The translations under genes were made by a program, and so were the position numbers. DNA of 64,000 nucleotides, taken from contig JAWUWD010000107.1 of assembly GCA_034112085.1 (NCBI GenBank), positions 1,295 through 65,294 on the forward strand, given 5' to 3'. The DNA comes from Cyclobacteriaceae bacterium (GTDB lineage Bacteria > Bacteroidota > Bacteroidia > Cytophagales > Cyclobacteriaceae). Of this stretch, positions 39,684 to 50,202 are shown piece after piece; the first letter of the stretch is position 1; each line of letters starts with the position of its first letter. The notes beneath the pieces were generated by a model. It was not told the origin of the DNA. It did not search any database and worked only from the letters and a program-made list of their open reading frames with translations.

Positions 39684-40919
39684 TTAATCTCTTCTCGGCC
39701 GCTTGCTGAAATCTTTCTTCTTTCCAGAAGATTTAGGTTTTCTATAGTGCCCTTTTCTTTCGTCAGGATCGCTTTTAGGAGCATTGGCGCTAGGCTCAAA
39801 CCCTTCAATAACTCCACTAGGTAATTTCTCGCCCAATAGCTTTTCTATCCCACGCACGAACTCTGTCTCGTCATGACTTACCAAAGATATTGCCTCTCCA
39901 CTTGCTCCTGCTCTACCTGTTCGTCCGATTCTATGCACATAATCTTCAGGTACATTTGGCAACTCAAAATTGACAACATGAGGTAATAGCGGAATGTCTA
40001 ATCCACGCGCTGCTATATCTGTAGCTACCAATACCCTAACAGTACCTTTCTTAAATCCATCAAGTGCTTTAGTTCTGGCATTCTGGCTTTTATTACCATG
40101 TATTGCAGATGCGCTGATACTATTTTTAGCCAACTTTTCACTGAGTCGATTAGCACCATGCTTTGTTCTTGTAAATATGAGGACTTGTTGCCAATCACCT
40201 TCACTGATCAACTTAATCAATAAATCAGTTTTTCTGGTTTTGTCTACTTTGTATACCCGTTGTTCGATCTTTTCTACCGTTGTATTTTCAGGAGTTGCTT
40301 CTACCGATACTGGATTGTTCAAAATGCCTTTGGCGAGTGCGCGAATCTCCTTAGAGAAAGTAGCTGAAAAAAGCAGGTTTTGGCGCTTAGCAGGCATCAA
40401 GGCAATAACCTTTTTGATATCCCTTAAGAAACCCATATCAAGCATTCGGTCTGCTTCATCTAACACCAAAATCTCTACTTGGTCTAAATGGAGAAGACCT
40501 TGATTCTGTAAATCAAGTAATCTACCAGGAGTGGCGATTAATACATCTACTCCATTTCTCAAGGCTCTTACTTGAGGGTTTTGATTGACCCCTCCAAATA
40601 TCACTGTGGAATTTAAGTGCAGGAACTCACTATATGAAACTACATTTTCTGAGACTTGTGCAGCAAGTTCTCTTGTAGGTGTCAATATCAACGCACGAAT
40701 TGGTCGCCTTTTAAGTTGTTTGGTTTCTGATAATATTTGTAATAGCGGCAAGGTAAATCCTGCCGTCTTCCCAGTCCCTGTTTGTGCAGATGCAAGAATA
40801 TCTTTCCCCTCCAATATTACAGGTATCGCTTTTTGCTGAATTGGTGAAGGCTCAGTATAACCTTGTTTGTTGACCGCGTGTAGTAACGCTTCGGACAACC
40901 CTAATGATTTGAATGACAT
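39684..40919 (-). CDS. rhlE: DEAD-box ATP-dependent RNA helicase (RhlE-like)
   Basis: Q-motif [27 protein letters not shown] (VLDEADRM), [13 protein letters not shown] and a basic C-terminal tail. Confidence 0.92.
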   Translation of the reverse strand: MSFKSLGLSEALLHAVNKQGYTEPSPIQQKAIPVILEGKDILASAQTGTGKTAGFTLPLLQILSETKQLKRRPIRALILTPTRELAAQVSENVVSYSEFLHLNSTVIFGGVNQNPQVRALRNGVDVLIATPGRLLDLQNQGLLHLDQVEILVLDEADRMLDMGFLRDIKKVIALMPAKRQNLLFSATFSKEIRALAKGILNNPVSVEATPENTTVEKIEQRVYKVDKTRKTDLLIKLISEGDWQQVLIFTRTKHGANRLSEKLAKNSISASAIHGNKSQNARTKALDGFKKGTVRVLVATDIAARGLDIPLLPHVVNFELPNVPEDYVHRIGRTGRAGASGEAISLVSHDETEFVRGIEKLLGEKLPSGVIEGFEPSANAPKSDPDERKGHYRKPKSSGKKKDFSKRPRRD

Positions 40920-40974
40920 ATAAATTGTTTATAGAAACGACAATTTATTAGTAGTGCCATTCCTTGTTGAGCTG

Positions 40975-40982
40975 CAAAGGTA
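40975..40982 (-). promoter_or_regulatory. candidate -7 box TACCTTTG for rhlE
   Basis: Plus-strand CAAAGGTA, 56 nt upstream of the rhlE ATG at 40919. Confidence 0.35.
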
Positions 40983-41046
40983 CGTTGAATTTTCACCATC
41001 CAGTACTCTTTACCTAAGGAACTTGTAATCGACATTTCACAGAAGT

Positions 41047-41081
41047 GGATTCAATAAATTAATTATTCATATATTGAATCC
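41047..41081. promoter_or_regulatory. 10-bp perfect inverted repeat upstream of the M20 peptidase gene (possible operator)
   Basis: GGATTCAATA-N15-TATTGAATCC, ending 29 nt before the ATG at 41110. Confidence 0.3.
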
Positions 41082-41109
41082 AAATAATTACATCAATTAG
41101 AAAAAGACT

Positions 41110-42555
41110 ATGAAACACCTATCCATATTGGTTTGCTATTTACTAGCATTCACTGCGTTTGGTCAAAAAAATACTATCAAAAAAAACAAGCAAAGTATTG
41201 TGAAATCTATTGAGAGTCATCAGAAAGAAATGATTGCTCTTAGTGATGATATCTGGGCGCTGGCTGAAACAGCATTCGAAGAAAATAAATCAGCCAAGTT
41301 ACTTGCTGATTATGCAGAACAGCAAGGCTTCACTGTAGAACGAGGAGTTGCTGGTATGCCGACTGCCTTCGTAGCAACTTACGGATCTGGTAAGCCTGTA
41401 ATAAGTGTATTGGGAGAATTTGACGCACTTCCAGGTATTTCTCAAAAAGCACAGCCGACCAAAGCTACCCTGAATGAAGGTGCAGCAGGACATGGATGTG
41501 GTCACAACCTCTTTGGAGTTGGAAGTTTAGGAGCAGCCATCGCAGTTAAGGAACTCATTGAAAGTGGCAAGATAAAAGGCACAATAAAGTTCTTTGGAAC
41601 CCCGAGTGAAGAAAAATATTTTGGAAAAATATGGATGGTGAGAGCCGGGCTCTGGGATGATGTAGATGTCAACATCAGCTGGCACCCCTCAGCAGAAACT
41701 GAGGCTGATGTACAAAGTTCTTTGGCGCTCATAGATTTCAAAGTTGAGTTTTTTGGGCAGGCTGCTCATGCATCTGCTGATCCGTGGAATGGGCGAAGCG
41801 CGTCAGATGCCTTAGAGATATATACAAATGGTATCAACTACTACCGAGAACATGTGAAACCAACGGTGAGAATGCACTATCATATTCAAGATGGTGGACA
41901 AGTAGTCAATGTAGTTCCTGATTATTCCAGACTTTGGATGAGGGTACGAGATACAAAACGATCAGGTATGATGCCAGTTTATGACCGTGTGGTCAAAATG
42001 GCTGAAGGTGCTGCTATTATGGCGAATGTTGATTATAAAGTATCATTGATATCGGGTATATATGAGGTGCTAGTTAACCGTGAAGGAGGAGCTATCATGC
42101 AGTCAAATTTAGAATTGCTAGGACCGATCAAGTATACTGATAGTGAAATCACTTTTGGAAAAAAAATACAAGAAGTGACTGGAAAAGAACAGATAGGAAT
42201 GGATAGTGAAATCAAACCATTACTGGCAACTAAAGAACATCCTGGAGGTGGATCGACAGATGTAGGTGATGTAAGCTGGAATGTTGCGAACATCAACCTA
42301 GGTGTAACAACAGCTCCGAAAGACACTCCATGGCATTCTTGGGCAGTTGTAGCCTGTGGTGGAATGAGTATTGGTCATAAAGGAATGGTATATGCCGCCA
42401 AGGCAATGGCAATGACCATGACTGACTTATTTGAAAATCCAAAAATGGTGGAAAAAGTAAAGGCTGAGTACAAAGAACGCAAAGGTGACGAAGTCTATGA
42501 AGCCATCATACCTGATGGACCTCCACCAATTCCAAGTAATGCTAAGAAGGACTAA
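41110..42555 (+). CDS. secreted M20-family amidohydrolase (AbgB-like)
   Basis: Signal peptide. GEFDALPG and GHGCGHNLFG are metal-binding motifs typical of the AbgB/M20D branch. Confidence 0.83.
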   Translation: MKHLSILVCYLLAFTAFGQKNTIKKNKQSIVKSIESHQKEMIALSDDIWALAETAFEENKSAKLLADYAEQQGFTVERGVAGMPTAFVATYGSGKPVISVLGEFDALPGISQKAQPTKATLNEGAAGHGCGHNLFGVGSLGAAIAVKELIESGKIKGTIKFFGTPSEEKYFGKIWMVRAGLWDDVDVNISWHPSAETEADVQSSLALIDFKVEFFGQAAHASADPWNGRSASDALEIYTNGINYYREHVKPTVRMHYHIQDGGQVVNVVPDYSRLWMRVRDTKRSGMMPVYDRVVKMAEGAAIMANVDYKVSLISGIYEVLVNREGGAIMQSNLELLGPIKYTDSEITFGKKIQEVTGKEQIGMDSEIKPLLATKEHPGGGSTDVGDVSWNVANINLGVTTAPKDTPWHSWAVVACGGMSIGHKGMVYAAKAMAMTMTDLFENPKMVEKVKAEYKERKGDEVYEAIIPDGPPPIPSNAKKD

Positions 42556-42581
42556 TTCACAATTTCATAAAATTATTACTC

Positions 42582-43706
42582 TTGAAACAATCAATATTAA
42601 TACTGATTGTCTTAACCCTAATAGGGTGTGACAACACTGCGAATAAAAGTCAATTGCCCGATAAAAAGACCAGTTTGGAGCCAATTGAATCAATGTCTAT
42701 TTCATTAGAAGATGCAAATAGACTTGCTATGCTGCCATTGCAATGCATGCAAGTGGAGTATCCTAACAAGCTCAATCAGACCATCGGAAGTGGTGAGGAT
42801 TTGCAATCACCTTCGGAACTGCATCCAGCATTTTATGGATGTTTCGATTGGCACTCCTCCGTCCATGGCCATTGGTCATTGGTGAGTTTATTAAAACAAT
42901 TTCCGCACCTTGAAAACCGTGATGAGATCAAACTAAAACTAAGTGAAAATATCTCTGCTGAGAATATTCTGCAAGAGTTAGCATATTTCAATGGCAAGAA
43001 TAACAAATCGTTTGAAAGAACATACGGGTGGGCGTGGATATTGAAGCTGGCAGAAGAGCTACATTCGTGGGAGGATCCATTGGCACGATCATTAGAGCAG
43101 AATATGCAGCCACTTACGGATCATATTGTTAAAAGCTATTTAGATTTTTTACCGAAACTCAACTATCCTATCAGGGTTGGTGAACATACCAATACTGCAT
43201 TTGGGCTTACATTCGCCTATGATTATGCGCTGACGGTTCAGGATACTATTTTACAAAAAATGATATCACAAAGAGCCAAAGATTTCTACCTCAACGATGC
43301 ACAGTGTCCTATTACTTGGGAGCCAAGTGGGTTTGATTTCCTATCTCCTTGTTTGGAAGAGGCGGATATTATGCGAAGAATACTTCCTGAAAATGAATTC
43401 AAAGATTGGTTGCAAAAATTCTTACCGCAATTGAAGTCCATAGACTTCAAATTAGAGACTGGCAGAGTATCAGATCGGACAGATGGCAAACTGGTGCATT
43501 TAGATGGAGTGAATTTCAGCAGAGCATGGTGCCTCTATGGCATCGCCAATCAATTTCCTGAATATGAACATCTAAAAGGAATTGCTAATACACACATCAG
43601 TCATTCGTTACCCAGTATTGTGGATGACAACTATGAAGGTACTCACTGGTTAGGTTCATTTGCGATTTATGCACTAAACACTGCCTCGAATGTTCAAGTG
43701 GATTAA
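42582..43706 (+). CDS. DUF2891-family lipoprotein
   Basis: Lipobox LIGC. The motif FYGCFDWHSSVHGHW is what I recall as the DUF2891 signature. Confidence 0.65.
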   Translation: MKQSILILIVLTLIGCDNTANKSQLPDKKTSLEPIESMSISLEDANRLAMLPLQCMQVEYPNKLNQTIGSGEDLQSPSELHPAFYGCFDWHSSVHGHWSLVSLLKQFPHLENRDEIKLKLSENISAENILQELAYFNGKNNKSFERTYGWAWILKLAEELHSWEDPLARSLEQNMQPLTDHIVKSYLDFLPKLNYPIRVGEHTNTAFGLTFAYDYALTVQDTILQKMISQRAKDFYLNDAQCPITWEPSGFDFLSPCLEEADIMRRILPENEFKDWLQKFLPQLKSIDFKLETGRVSDRTDGKLVHLDGVNFSRAWCLYGIANQFPEYEHLKGIANTHISHSLPSIVDDNYEGTHWLGSFAIYALNTASNVQVD

Positions 43707-44886
43707 GAATATTGGTCCAGGCACTTTAGTCGCTGCGGCATTTATAGGCCCTGGGACCGTCACCATGTGCACCATCGCTGGAGTCCAGTTTGGATTTACA
43801 TTGCTTTGGGCGATGATACTCTCTATTGTGGCGACAGTTGTCTTGCAAGAGATGGCAGCCAGGGTTGGGATTATCACGCAGCAAGGTCTAGCTGCAGTCA
43901 TTAAAGAACAGATTGCCTCACCAATTCTTAAAAAAGCTGCACTCGTGCTGATTCTTGGTGCTGTAGTCATTGGTAATGCTGCTTATGAAGCTGGTAATAT
44001 TACTGGATCAGCTTTAGGTCTAAGTGCCATATTCGGGGAGAGTCTATTGTCCTATTACCCTATAATCATTGGTTTCATTGCCTTTTCATTACTAAGTATT
44101 GGCAATTATAAGGTTCTCGAAAGAAGCTTAGTGGCATTGGTATTACTAATGAGTATTTCATTTCTACTCACAGCCATCATCACCAAACCAGACATCCTTG
44201 CCATGTTGAAAGGTATGTTTGTGCCGTCCATTCCCGATAATAGCGCACTAATAATTATTGCTATTGTCGGCACTACCGTAGTTCCTTACAATCTATTCTT
44301 ACATACGTCACTGGTTAAGGAAAAATGGAATAAAGTAAGTGATTTGGCACTGGCCAGAAAAGATGTATTCATCTCAATTGTACTTGGCGGAGTGGTGTCT
44401 ATGGCGATAATGGTATCTGCAGCTTCGATTACTGGAGGAAGTATTAGTAACGTAATGGATCTGGCTAAAGGTCTCGAACCCTTATATGGAAGCGCAGCTA
44501 AATACTTTTTAGGGATTGGACTTGGTGCGGCCGGTATTACATCTGCGATCACAGCACCACTAGCAGCTGCATATGTAGCTAGAAGTTGTTTTGGGTGGGA
44601 AGAATCCTTGAAAGACGTCAAATTCAAAGCAGTATGGATGATCATCCTCCTACTTGGTGTCCTTTTCTCTTCGTTGCAATTTAAACCCATTGAAATAATC
44701 ACTTTCGCACAAGTTGCCAATGGCTTGTTATTACCAATCGTAGCTTTGTTTCTACTATGGGTAGTGAATAAGACTTCTGTATTAGGAGAATACAAAAACA
44801 CATTGACTCAGAATGTGATATCGATCATCATCATATTGATCACAATTACTCTAGGTGCTAAAGGAATAATAGGTGCATTGTCATGA
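43690..44886 (+). CDS. NRAMP-family divalent metal transporter (YcsG-like)
   Basis: GPGTLVAAAFIGPGTVTM and about 11 TM helices. It overlaps the upstream gene by 17 nt and pxpA by 4 nt. Confidence 0.85.
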   Translation: MFKWIKNIGPGTLVAAAFIGPGTVTMCTIAGVQFGFTLLWAMILSIVATVVLQEMAARVGIITQQGLAAVIKEQIASPILKKAALVLILGAVVIGNAAYEAGNITGSALGLSAIFGESLLSYYPIIIGFIAFSLLSIGNYKVLERSLVALVLLMSISFLLTAIITKPDILAMLKGMFVPSIPDNSALIIIAIVGTTVVPYNLFLHTSLVKEKWNKVSDLALARKDVFISIVLGGVVSMAIMVSAASITGGSISNVMDLAKGLEPLYGSAAKYFLGIGLGAAGITSAITAPLAAAYVARSCFGWEESLKDVKFKAVWMIILLLGVLFSSLQFKPIEIITFAQVANGLLLPIVALFLLWVVNKTSVLGEYKNTLTQNVISIIIILITITLGAKGIIGALS

Positions 44887-45590
44887 TTGATATTAATTGC
44901 GATGTAGGCGAAGGACTTAACAATGAGCATTTACTCATGCCTTATATTACTTCATGCAATATTGCTAGTGGAGGTCATGCTGGAGATCGGGACAGCATGA
45001 ATAATGTGGTTCGTTTAGCGGTTAGGCATAACGTTAAAATTGGTATTCACCCGTCCTATCCTGACCGAGAGAATTTTGGAAGAAAGTCCATGGAACTGTC
45101 TCGTGAAGATTTAAAGAATACTATTCTTGAACAAGTGCAGGCGTTAGAAAAAGTAGTGAAAGACCTTAATGCTAACAGTCATCATATCAAACCACATGGT
45201 GCATTGTACAATGATTTGGCTAAAAGTCATTCGCTCACCAACGATTTTCTAGAAATCATTGAGCCATACAAAAATGACTACAAGTTATATGTTCCATATA
45301 ATTCAGTCATATCTCAAGAGGCCATTGGTAGAGGATTTAACATAATCTATGAAGCGTTTGCAGACCGCAATTACAACGATGATTTAAGTTTGGTTTCCAG
45401 AAAAGAAGATAACGCATTGATTATCTCTCCAGATCAGATCATCAATCATATTTCTGAAATAGTAAACAACAATCAAGTAAGGACTATTTCCGGGAAATTA
45501 ATGCCAATAAAAGCAGCTACTTTTTGTGTTCACTCGGACACAGGTAATGCAGTTGATATTGTCAAAAGAATTTATCAAGAATTTCAGTAG
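44883..45590 (+). CDS. pxpA: 5-oxoprolinase subunit A (LamB/YcsF family)
   Basis: IDINCDVGEG...SCNIASGGHAGD...HPSYPD...IKPHGALYN. Confidence 0.9.
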   Translation: MIDINCDVGEGLNNEHLLMPYITSCNIASGGHAGDRDSMNNVVRLAVRHNVKIGIHPSYPDRENFGRKSMELSREDLKNTILEQVQALEKVVKDLNANSHHIKPHGALYNDLAKSHSLTNDFLEIIEPYKNDYKLYVPYNSVISQEAIGRGFNIIYEAFADRNYNDDLSLVSRKEDNALIISPDQIINHISEIVNNNQVRTISGKLMPIKAATFCVHSDTGNAVDIVKRIYQEFQ

Positions 45591-45601
45591 TCCAGACCAA
45601 A

Positions 45602-46333
45602 GTGAATCACCCTTTAACATATAAGCCTTTTGGAGATATTGCTATACTCATCGAATGGCCATCTAAAATAGATGAGGATATACTCAATGACATCATCTTA
45701 CTCTATGGAAGTATTCTTACAAATAAGCCAAATAGTGTCACTGAGGTTATTCAGTCGATCAACTCCATTACCATTCTATATGATGCTCAATCGATCACTT
45801 TTGAAGCATTGAAATCTTGGTTGGAGAAACAACATAAAAATAAATCCTCTGCACGTAATACTAGCCGCACACTTTGGAAAGTGCCTGTATGCTATGATCA
45901 AATATTTGGATTGGATTTACAAGAATTGTCAGATCAACGCGGTCTTCAAATTGATGAGATTATAAATATTCATTCTGAATCAATATATAAAATTTACTCA
46001 ATAGGTTTTCTTCCTGGTTTTTTATATTTAGGTGGGCTTGATCAACGATTACATATCGGACGTAAATCTACCCCAAGGCTGGAAATTTTAAAAGGTGCTG
46101 TAGGCATTGGTGGTGAACAAACTGGGATATACCCAACAGCTAGTCCAGGAGGTTGGCAAATTATTGGCAATACTCCAATATCGCTTTTTGATATCAGCAA
46201 AGAATCACCCTGCTTTGCTAAACCAGGAGATAATATTCAATTCGTTCCAGTTTCATTGAGTGAACATAAAGGGCTTGCAGAGCTAATAGCACTGGATTCA
46301 TACAAGTTAGAGAAGGAGGTGCTCAATGATTAG
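45602..46333 (+). CDS. pxpB: 5-oxoprolinase subunit B (KipI/allophanate hydrolase subunit 1 family)
   Basis: Motifs GFLPGFLYLGGLD and GIYPTASPGGWQIIG. GTG start. Confidence 0.87.
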   Translation: MNHPLTYKPFGDIAILIEWPSKIDEDILNDIILLYGSILTNKPNSVTEVIQSINSITILYDAQSITFEALKSWLEKQHKNKSSARNTSRTLWKVPVCYDQIFGLDLQELSDQRGLQIDEIINIHSESIYKIYSIGFLPGFLYLGGLDQRLHIGRKSTPRLEILKGAVGIGGEQTGIYPTASPGGWQIIGNTPISLFDISKESPCFAKPGDNIQFVPVSLSEHKGLAELIALDSYKLEKEVLND

Positions 46334-47168
46334 AGTGCTGAAAAAAGGCCTATATACTTCAATTCAAGACTTAGGCAGAGTTGGTTATCGCAACTTCGGG
46401 GTGCCTATCTCTGGAGTGATGGATCACGATTCTGCGATTCTAGCAAATTCCATATTAGCCAATATGGAAAATGATGCCGTGATGGAAATCACTTTGCAAG
46501 GTCCTCAATTACAGTTCTTAACAGCCACGAAAATTGCAATCACTGGTGCTGACTTAAGCCCAACGTTAAATGGTGAGCCAATAACCGCAAATAATAGTCT
46601 CGATATTAAAAGAAATGATATTCTGGACTTTGGGAAAAGAATCAACGGTGCTCGAGCTTACCTAGCGATAGCTGGTGGGTTTCAGACTGATCTAGCACTT
46701 AACAGCCGAAGTTATTGCCAGGACATCACTACAAAGAAGACTCTTGATCATGGTGATGATGTTTCATTTCTTTCAAGCTTTGCTGCCAATAGCAAACTCT
46801 ACAGAAAATCAATTATTGCCCCCTCGGTTATTAATAAATTAGAATTGAAAGTACATAAAGGACCAGAGTATGACCTACTTAACGTGGAGCAAAAAGACAG
46901 ATTGGAAACTCAGGCTTTCACTATTGGTCTTAACAATCGAATGGCATATCAACTAGAAGAACCTTTAGGAAATCAGTTAAGATCTATTCTTAGTTCAGCT
47001 GTACTACCAGGCACCGTACAGCTCACTCCTTCTGGAAAGATGATCATATTGATGAGAGACTGTCAAACGACTGGTGGTTATCCCAGGATTTTTCAGCTAT
47101 CAGAATCCGCTATCAATGTACTCTCTCAAAAAATTCAAGATGAGGTGATTAGTTTTACTTGGGTATAA
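46326..47168 (+). CDS. pxpC: 5-oxoprolinase subunit C (KipA/allophanate hydrolase subunit 2 family)
   Basis: GLYTSIQDLGR.GYR..GVP.SG.MD and DCQTTGGYPRI. Confidence 0.87.
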   Translation: MIRVLKKGLYTSIQDLGRVGYRNFGVPISGVMDHDSAILANSILANMENDAVMEITLQGPQLQFLTATKIAITGADLSPTLNGEPITANNSLDIKRNDILDFGKRINGARAYLAIAGGFQTDLALNSRSYCQDITTKKTLDHGDDVSFLSSFAANSKLYRKSIIAPSVINKLELKVHKGPEYDLLNVEQKDRLETQAFTIGLNNRMAYQLEEPLGNQLRSILSSAVLPGTVQLTPSGKMIILMRDCQTTGGYPRIFQLSESAINVLSQKIQDEVISFTWV

Positions 47169-47216
47169 ACTCAAGTACATTGAATAACTATTTTTGAGTA
47201 GAAAATCTCTGTAAAC

Positions 47217-47246
47217 AAAAAAAGCAGTCAAAATTGACTGCTTTTT
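47217..47246. terminator. bidirectional terminator shared by pxpC and tRNA-Val
   Basis: AAAAAAA-GCAGTCA-aaat-TGACTGC-TTTTT. Confidence 0.75.
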
Positions 47247-47250
47247 GGTG

Positions 47251-47325
47251 TGGGCGCTGAGGGATTCGAACCCCCGACCCCCTCGGTGTAAACGAGGTGC
47301 TCTGAACCAACTGAGCTAAGCGCCC
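47251..47325 (-). tRNA. tRNA-Val (anticodon TAC)
   Basis: The minus strand reads GGGCGCTTAGCTCAGTTGGTTCAGAGCACCTCGTTTACACCGAGGGGGTCGGGGGTTCGAATCCCTCAGCGCCCA. It folds as a cloverleaf with a 7-bp acceptor stem, the anticodon loop TTTACAC and the T-loop TTCGAAT. CCA is not encoded. Confidence 0.93.
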
Positions 47326-47362
47326 TTAAAATATTTCATCAGCTCGATTGCTAATTGGATTG

Positions 47363-47370
47363 CAAATGTA
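47363..47370 (-). promoter_or_regulatory. candidate -7 box TACATTTG for tRNA-Val
   Basis: Plus-strand CAAATGTA, 38 nt upstream of the mature tRNA 5' end. Confidence 0.4.
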
Positions 47371-47596
47371 GCATCTATTTTATTTTATACAAATAAAACA
47401 TCGCACAAAAGTGAATTTATTTTTTAGCAACCCCAGAAACGTCTCTCAAATAAGCAAAACAGACATAATTCTATTTAATAAAAATCTACAATGAGCCAAT
47501 ATTTCACATTATCTTGCGTAATCAACAATCGGAAGTAATAAGATTGTCAGCTACCTACTCGGCTACTCTTTTATTTTTCTGTTGGGTTAAATCTCT

Positions 47597-50041
47597 ATGA
47601 AGAAAGTCTTAAAATATGTAATACTGTCGGCACTGCTTTTCATAGCAACAACAGTGCTACTTGTCTACATTTACAAAGACAACATCATACAGCATTTCAT
47701 CTCTGAGTTGAATGAAAAGCTGAACACACCTGTGTCAGTTGAGAAAATCGATATTTCTGTATTGGATCAATTCCCCTATATCTCAGTAGTTTTAAATAAT
47801 GTATCCATTCAAGAAAGCCGTAAAGACAGTGAACAGTTTTTACTCAAAGCAAAAGTAATAGCCTGTGCCTTGAACCCAATTGATATAATGTTAGGGGACT
47901 ATACTATTAAAGCCGTAGACCTGCGTGATGCGTCTATCCACCTCAATATTGATAAATACAACTCTCCGAATTATCTTATTTTCAAAAAGAAGAAAGATGC
48001 CAAAGAATCAGGGACTGTACTTGATCTAAATAAGGTACAACTCAATAATTGCAAGGTCAGTTATAAAAATAATTACTCTAATCAATACATCTCATTCATC
48101 AGCGAAGACACTGATGCTTCTGTTCGTGTATCTGGACCTGTCTACTATATCAAAACCAAAGGTGATGTACTAATCGATCAAATATTGGTGAACGATCAAA
48201 ATTACTTAGACGGAATTTCTTTAATATTAGACACTGATTTTATTTATAACCAACATCAACGTTCGATAGATATAAACACAGCAAAAGTCAATTACCAAAA
48301 TTCATCATTCGACATATCCGGTGAATATCAATTTGAGCAAAGCAATCTGAAGCTATTGGTGAATAGTCAAGCAACAAATTTGACCATACTCAAAGATCTC
48401 ATCCCTCCACGCTACTTAGAGAGTCTCACGCCATATAAATATTCTGCGGATGCTCGATTCCAACTCGCTATTGCAGGTAAAATCAGAAAGAATGAATTGC
48501 CGCCTCTAAACATATCTTTTGATCTAACAAATGCTCAACTCATTGACAAAGCACATTTCACCAATATAGACCAAGCAAGCATCCAAGGCTACTACCAGAA
48601 TTATCCTAATGATTCACTGTCAATAGAGGCGACTAATGGCTTGCTCAATGAAAAGCCATTCAGCAGCGACCTCTCATTGACTCATTTTGAGAACCCCATG
48701 ATGAACTTGATATTCAAAGGAGATGTCGAAGGAAGCACTATAAAACCATGGCTTAGCTTACCGCAAATAGATTCAATATCGGGGGAAATCACACTTGACT
48801 TCTCCTTGATTGGAAAAATAAATGATCTTAAACACAGACGTACGATCCCGAATGTTCGCACTTCTGGGGATATAATCATGAAAGATTTCAATGTGTCATT
48901 GACTTCCGGAGCATATGAACTCAAGCAGTTAAATGGAAATTTCATATTCGATAATAATGACCTAGCGATAAGTGGGTTTTCTGGATTGATTGGGGAAAGT
49001 GATTTCGAACTTACCGGTCTCATTAAAAATTTTCTAGTATTTTCCATGCTTGACAATCAACCCATTGGAATCGAAGCAGACTTCTCCTCGTCATATATCA
49101 ACATGGATCAATTACTTTCTGGGCAAAATTTCAATGATCAATTAGATCAATCTTATCATTTCGCGATTTCCCGATTACTTTATATGAAGTTGAATTGTAA
49201 TATTGATCACTTGAAGTTTAGGAGATTTAACGGATCACAGATCAATGGAGACTTAACTGTGCAAAACCAAACCGCCACCTCTAATAAAATATCTGTCACA
49301 ACCATGGGCGGAAGTATTGATGTACTAGGTTCTATAAATGCGGAAACTGATAGCATTTTTGTATCTTCTACAATGGACTTATCCAAAATACATATTGACA
49401 GTTTATTCTATGTGTTTGAGAATTTCGATCAAGATTTTTTAACGAATCAACACCTAAAGGGGATAGTCGATGCACATATAGTCAATCGTGTTTCGTTTGA
49501 CAAATCACTCATGGTGAACCCTCCATCCATTACGGCAGACATCAATACTACCATTATTAATGGGGAACTCAATAACTTTGAGCCCATGCAAAACCTTGAC
49601 AAATACTTAGATAATGGAAATCTCGACCGCCTTAGATTTGCAGAACTAGAAAATGACATCCATGTGGAGAATCAGACTATCTACCTGCCTTCAATGGAGA
49701 TCAACAACAATGTGTCTAACATTAAGATCAGTGGCACACATACATTTGATCAGCAAATAAACTATCGTGTTGTGGCCCCTATCAACAACCGGAACAAGGT
49801 TGATAAAGATGCTGCATTTGGTGCAATAGAAACCTCCCAATCAGGTCAAACTAAAATTTTCCTTAAAATCATAGGAACTACTGATGATTACAAAATAACC
49901 TATGACAGGTCTGCCTTGAAGAAAGAGGTGATCAGCGACTTAAAGAGAGAGGTCCAGCAACTTAAAGAAGCCTTTCGAAAGAAGGGAAAAAAGAAAAAGG
50001 AAGAGGTTGAATTAGAAGAAGAAGATTATTTCGATTGGTGA
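47597..50041 (+). CDS. AsmA-family outer-membrane biogenesis protein (large beta-rich, N-terminal anchor)
   Basis: A single N-terminal TM helix, an 800-aa repetitive beta-rich body and a Lys/Glu-rich tail. The family call rests on architecture. Confidence 0.5.
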   Translation: MKKVLKYVILSALLFIATTVLLVYIYKDNIIQHFISELNEKLNTPVSVEKIDISVLDQFPYISVVLNNVSIQESRKDSEQFLLKAKVIACALNPIDIMLGDYTIKAVDLRDASIHLNIDKYNSPNYLIFKKKKDAKESGTVLDLNKVQLNNCKVSYKNNYSNQYISFISEDTDASVRVSGPVYYIKTKGDVLIDQILVNDQNYLDGISLILDTDFIYNQHQRSIDINTAKVNYQNSSFDISGEYQFEQSNLKLLVNSQATNLTILKDLIPPRYLESLTPYKYSADARFQLAIAGKIRKNELPPLNISFDLTNAQLIDKAHFTNIDQASIQGYYQNYPNDSLSIEATNGLLNEKPFSSDLSLTHFENPMMNLIFKGDVEGSTIKPWLSLPQIDSISGEITLDFSLIGKINDLKHRRTIPNVRTSGDIIMKDFNVSLTSGAYELKQLNGNFIFDNNDLAISGFSGLIGESDFELTGLIKNFLVFSMLDNQPIGIEADFSSSYINMDQLLSGQNFNDQLDQSYHFAISRLLYMKLNCNIDHLKFRRFNGSQINGDLTVQNQTATSNKISVTTMGGSIDVLGSINAETDSIFVSSTMDLSKIHIDSLFYVFENFDQDFLTNQHLKGIVDAHIVNRVSFDKSLMVNPPSITADINTTIINGELNNFEPMQNLDKYLDNGNLDRLRFAELENDIHVENQTIYLPSMEINNNVSNIKISGTHTFDQQINYRVVAPINNRNKVDKDAAFGAIETSQSGQTKIFLKIIGTTDDYKITYDRSALKKEVISDLKREVQQLKEAFRKKGKKKKEEVELEEEDYFDW

Positions 50042-50202
50042 TTGGTCCATGGTTATAAAACTTCTTTATTACTTCAAAAGTTATTTTAGCTTCTAGATAG
50101 GGGGAAAATCACAACATCTTATTCTCGATTGCATAAATTTCACTATTTTCGCCCACTATATTGAAAAGTAAAAACATGCCGTTTGGCACTGATTGAGACT
50201 CT

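Noticed and set aside
47169-47596. tRNA-Val as an integration hotspot for a genomic island or prophage.
   Set aside because: There is no integrase, no direct repeat of the tRNA 3' end, and no compositional shift. Both flanks (pxpABC and the AsmA-like gene) are ordinary chromosomal genes.
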